Shown here: piece after piece, positions 59,201 to 64,000 of the stretch
Layout: each line of letters begins with the position of its first letter
How positions within the stretch are numbered: position 1 is the stretch's first letter
NCBI RefSeq assembly: GCF_001447785.1
Contig: NW_015174295.1
Span: 119,649-183,648 of the forward strand
Direction of reading: 5' to 3'
DNA from: Gekko japonicus
Lineage: Eukaryota
Length of the DNA stretch: 64,000 bases
The notes under the pieces: generated by a model
Told to the model about the DNA's origin: nothing
Seen by the model: the letters and a program-made list of their open reading frames with translations, nothing else
The model's database searches: none
Made by a program: the position numbers and the translations under genes

Positions 59201-62200
59201 CCTGGGGCCAGGGAGGGCCTTCGCGGGGCTTCCTTGCACTCCCGCCGGCCTTGCAGGTCCACCGCCGGGCCCGTCATGGGGCTCGGCAGTGGAGCTGCAA
59301 GGCCGGCAGCGGCGGCCAGCACCGTTGGGGATGGGGTGTGTGGCCTTATGACACACTTCCGGTGATGTCAGGGGGTGTGGCATATGCTAATGAGTTATGC
59401 TAATGAATTTCCCCTAGCTCTTTTTCTACGAAACGACCCCTGATAAAAACCAACAATCAACAAAAACAATAAAACCATAAATAGCCACAGCAGAGAAAAG
59501 CAAAACCCCACACCTCACATCGGGCAGGAAGAATTACCCCAAGAAATTCCAGTGCCCAAGTAACATCCCGAACAGCAAGGGCACTGGGAAAGAGGGGGCC
59601 AGATTGGTTGAATGCCTGGCGGAACAGCTTTATTTTACAAGCCCTGCGGATCTGTAAGAGGCCCCGCAGGGCCCTGATCTCGAGTGTGAGCCTGTTCCAC
59701 CAGACCAACAGGACGGAACTTCCCCATGGACCTTTGGAAGGGCTCCGGCTGTCACAGGAACACACATGCAGCGGCCTTAGTTTGAATCAGACTATCGGGT
59801 CCATCAACGTCAGTATTGCCTGCTCAGACTGGTAGCAGCGCTCCAGAGTCTTGGTTAGACACTCCCCCCCCCCCAGTCAAGTGACTTACAGCGACCAGTG
59901 TTCCCTCTAAGCTGAGTTAGTGTGAGCTAGCTCACAAATTTTTAGCCTCTAGCTCTCACATTTTCGTCTTCGCTCAGGAAGGAGGGCTCCAGAGCAAACT
60001 AGTTTATCCAGCAGCCAAATCTCTTGCTCACAACTTTAATGTCCGTTGCTCACAAAGTAGAATTTTTGCTCACAAGACTCCACAGCTTAGAGGGAATATT
60101 GACAGCGACCCCAAAGGGATTTCAAGGCAAGAGGGATTCAGAGGCGGCTTGCTATTGCGTATCTCTGCGTAGCGACCTTGGATTTTCTCAGTGGTCTCGC
60201 ATTGAAGTACTAAGCAGGGCCGACCCTGCTTGGCTTCCAAGATCTGATGAGATGAGGCTAGTTTGGGCTACCGGGGTTAGTTCAATCACTTAACCACCTG
60301 ATCCTTTTGCCTGGGGACGGAACCTGGGACCTTCTGCATGGAAAGCAGATGCTCTGCCAATGAGCCACAGCGCCTCCCCATTTAAACTCTGCTGCAACTT
60401 AAGCAGAGTAGCTCTGTGTATGCTGTCGGTACTGCAGCGGAGTGCAAACTGAGTGTATCTCAGCAGGTCGTTGCTCAGCTCAAACTCGGCGCCTGTGTGA
60501 GTGCAAAATCCCATGGGGAGAATGCTTTTGCCTTCCTGGAGCCTTCTTTAAATAAGGACACAGTGGTTTGCTGCTAGGGGAAACAGCCGCACTCTTCCTC
60601 TGGCAAAGGTCGCTTTTCTTTCGGGGACCCTCTTCAATAAATGTGGGTTCTACCTCCGCAGCAGATTCTATTCCGCTTTCCCTCTGCAATCAGGAGTGAG
60701 TCTCCGTGTTTGCGGCTTTCTTCATTTGGCTGGGAAGGATGGGATCTGATGACTCAATTCTCACAATTCAGGTTACATCGATCTCCAGTCCTGACATATT
60801 TATTACCTGTGTTGTTCCCCCCCCCAGCTGAACCCAAACAGATGATAACCAGCGTTCCCTCTAAGCTGAGTTAGTGGGAGCTAGCTCACAGGTTTTTAGC
60901 CTCCGGCTCACACATTTTTGTCTTAGCTCAGGAAGGAGGGCTCCAGAGCAAACTAATCTATGCAGTGGCCCAATCGCTCGCTCACAACTTTAAGGCCAGT
61001 TGCTCACCAAGTAGAATTTTTGCTCACAAGACTTCACAGCTTAGAGGGAGCATTGGTGGTAACCAGAAACTAAGCTTGCCATTCTCTTTAGGTGTTAAGA
61101 AAACATCTTCACTATTGTGCATGCTAATTTTAACAAGCCACCCTCTATATATACAACTGTGATCTGTAATTCCATTTCATTGTCTGACAAAGTGTGCACG
61201 CACACGAAAGCTCACACCTTGAATGAAACTTTGTTGGTCTTCAGGGTGTCCCAGGACTCTCTTTGTTCTGCTGCTTCAAACCAACACGGCTGCCCACCTT
61301 GATCTACCTTCATTTTCCTTGATCTTTTTTCTCCCCAAACCCCCCCCCCCCCCCCCACTGGGTAAATGTTCTTCTGTGCTTAAGCACAGAGCCAGTTTGG
61401 TGTGAGAGCCAGTTTGGTGTAGTGGTTAAATGCGCGGACTCTAATCTGGGAGAACTGGGTTTGATTCCCCACTCCTCCACTTGCAGCTGCTGGATGACCT
61501 TGAGCAAGCCATAGTTCTCTCAGAACTGTTCTCTCAAGGGCAGTCCTCGAAAGAGCTCTCTCAGCCCCACCTACCTCACAGGGTGTATGTTGTGGGGAGG
61601 GGAAGGGAAAGGAGTTTCTAAGCCGCTCTGAGACTCCAAGTGAACGGTGAGGTATAAATCCAATCTCCTCCTCCTCTTCTTCTTCTCCTCCTCCTCCTCC
61701 TCGCCCAGTCTGAGGATACCCCAAAGTGGAAAAAACCAATTGCCAGCTGGACCCTGTCAGAAGCCAACAGCTGTTTGGGGAGGACGGATCCGTTTGCCGC
61801 ACAGCAAACATCTGCTTGCTTCTGCCCACAGTCCTGTCTGAACAGGAAAAGAGCAAATCCCCTCGGAACGTGGTTTTCTGGCATTCCTCCCTGTCTGTGA
61901 CATACATTTTATGACCCCTGAGAGATTTCATCACTTCGTAGACATTCCACAGGGAGCAAGAATGCGCTCACGTCGGTGGCCAGAAATTCTTGGGAAAGCG
62001 GATGCCTCTAATCTGCAGTCTTTCTTTTAAGCAGATCTAGAGACATGCTCCAGATTCCGAAGAAACGACAATTAAAGTTTTAAGAGACGGCCAGTACCGT
62101 TTGAGAAAATGCTTACTTTCCTGTCTGCCAGAACAAAATCCCTCTGAGCCCAGGTAACTAAGGCTCTTGGGATTTTTTCCAGCCCTGCCCGTAAATTCCC

Positions 62201-62582
62201 ATAAAGCAGGAAACATTTTAATTTTTATTAATGCTTTGTCAGTCTTTAATAAGGGACTCTGTAACTCTTTGGTCAGGGATAATGACTCAGTTGCTTTGTT
62301 TACCACTGAAGGGTATTCTGGGGTAACCGGATTATGTAATGTTGCAGCATGACATAATCTTGCTACAACAGCTTGGAGATTATAAAATAAAAAAATCTGC
62401 CGTTAGCTCTCCAATCCAGGCAAGATTCACTTTATAAAGTGGATTGTGTTTATGGTTTGGGAGTTATACTGCCCAATTAAAGCACTGGACTGTGTGTGAC
62501 AGATCATTCTCTTCCCTAAAGAAAACTGTGTAGTGCCCTACAAGTACCGATGCTGTCTTCCAGTCTAGCAACAGGTAAGCAA

Positions 62583-62586
<4 letters not shown>

Positions 62587-62648
<62 letters not shown>

Positions 62649-62664
62649 GAACGAGAACGAGAAC
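62587..62664 (+). repeat. (GA)n followed by (GAGAAC)n compound microsatellite
   Basis: Direct reading; abuts a CR1 tail. Confidence 0.95.
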
Positions 62665-64000
62665 ATAAGAACATAAGAGACGCCAATGTTGGATCAGGCC
62701 AGTGGCCCATCCAGTCCAACACTCTGTGTCACACAGTGGCCAGAAATACCAGGTGCCATCAGGAGATCCACCAGTGGGGCCAGGACACTAGAAGCCCTCC
62801 CACTGTTGGCCCCACCCCCCAAAGCACCAAGAAGACAGAGCATCACTTGCCCCAGAGCCCCTATCTATACCTTGTGGCTAATAGCCACTGATGGACCTCT
62901 GCTCCATATGCTTATCTAATTCCCTTTTGAAGCCGTCCATGCTTGTAGCCGCCGCCACTTCCTGGTAGAGCATCTGCTTGGTCCCCGGTTGAATCCCTGA
63001 CACCTCCAGTTGAAAGGATCAGGTAACAGATGATGTGAAAGACATTACCGGACTGAGATGCAAGAGAGCTGTTGCCCACCTGAGTAGACAAGACTGACCT
63101 TCGTGGACCGAGGGTCTGTGTAAGGCAGCTTCAGGTGTTCGGCGTCAAGGGACAACTGGGCAGCCACAGTCTGGGTTCAATTTGTCAAAGGACTTGCCAA
63201 GGCTCAACTCCGGAACCTATTTTTCAAGTGCCAGCCCCAGGATATGGGGCAGGAATGAAGGGGAGTGCCTCTTGGCGATGAGCAGCCAGGTCAGAGGGAA
63301 AGCTTTCAAATTGCTCCAGCCCCTGGCATCCAGAATAGGTAGTGGTTTCCCATTGTTGGAGAGGGTATACTTTGGTGTCGTGGTTAAGTGCGCGGACTCT
63401 AATCTGGGAGAACCGGGTTTGATTCCCCACTTCTCCATATGCACCTGGCTGGATGACCTTGGGCAAGCCGTAGTTCTGATAAGAGCTGTCTGTGAAAAAG
63501 AGCAGTTTCTGTCAAGAGCTCTCTCAGCCCCACCCACCTCCCAGGGTGCCTGTTGTGGGGAGGGGGAGGGAAAGGAGTTTGTAAGCCGCTCTGAGACACC
63601 TTTGGGTAGTGAAGGGCAAGGGGTATAAATCCAATCTCTTCTTCCTCAATCTCTAATCTGGGAGAACCGGGTTTGATTCCCCACTCCTCCACTTGCAGCT
63701 GGCTGGATGACCTTGGGCAAGCCGTAGTTCTGATCAGAGGTGTTCTTGAAAAAGAGCCGTTTCTGTCAGAGCTCTCTCCGCCCCGCCTGCCTCACAGGGT
63801 GTCTGTTGTGGGGAGGGGGAGGGAAAAGAGATTGTAAACCGCTCTGAGACTCCTTTGGGTAGTGAAGGGGCGGGTATAAATCCAATCTCCTCCTCCTCCT
63901 CTTCTTCTATAGAAGAAGAAGAAGAGACTGGATTTATACCCCGCCCTTCACTACGTGAAGGAGTCTCAGAGTGGCTTACAATCACCTTCCCTTCCCCTCC

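Overview
Vertebrate genomic DNA from a squamate, most likely a gecko-type lizard (inferred from Sauria SINEs, tRNA-headed SINEs, BovB/RTE, CR1, L2 and hAT MITEs). It is a draft scaffold with N-gaps at 732-1259, 22918-23006, 40666-40766 and 52951-53144. Four genes are recognisable by translation and splice sites: WDR83OS/Asterix (minus; coding exons 1-3, last exon not seen), its head-to-head partner WDR83/MORG1 (plus; all 9 coding exons, 963 nt, 320 aa), TIPIN (minus; promoter and only the first two coding exons), and MAP2K1/MEK1 (plus; CpG island, exon 1 and >24 kb of intron 1). Most of the remaining sequence is nested transposable elements, so nearly all entries in the supplied ORF track are spurious. 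I see no CRISPR or prokaryote-type system, and I cannot support a clearly new biological system. The most notable observations are: (i) the WDR83 exon-5 donor reads AT instead of GT, with an in-frame stop on read-through; (ii) TIPIN stops after exon 3, next to a fold-back and a DIRS fragment; (iii) WDR83OS/WDR83 (human 19p13) sits beside TIPIN/MAP2K1 (human 15q22), putting an ERK-pathway scaffold gene next to MEK1, which is either a real rearrangement or a mis-join at the 89-N gap; (iv) a ~265-bp near-identical segment is shared across that gap; (v) hAT MITE families carry an ETS-KLF-octamer motif cassette.
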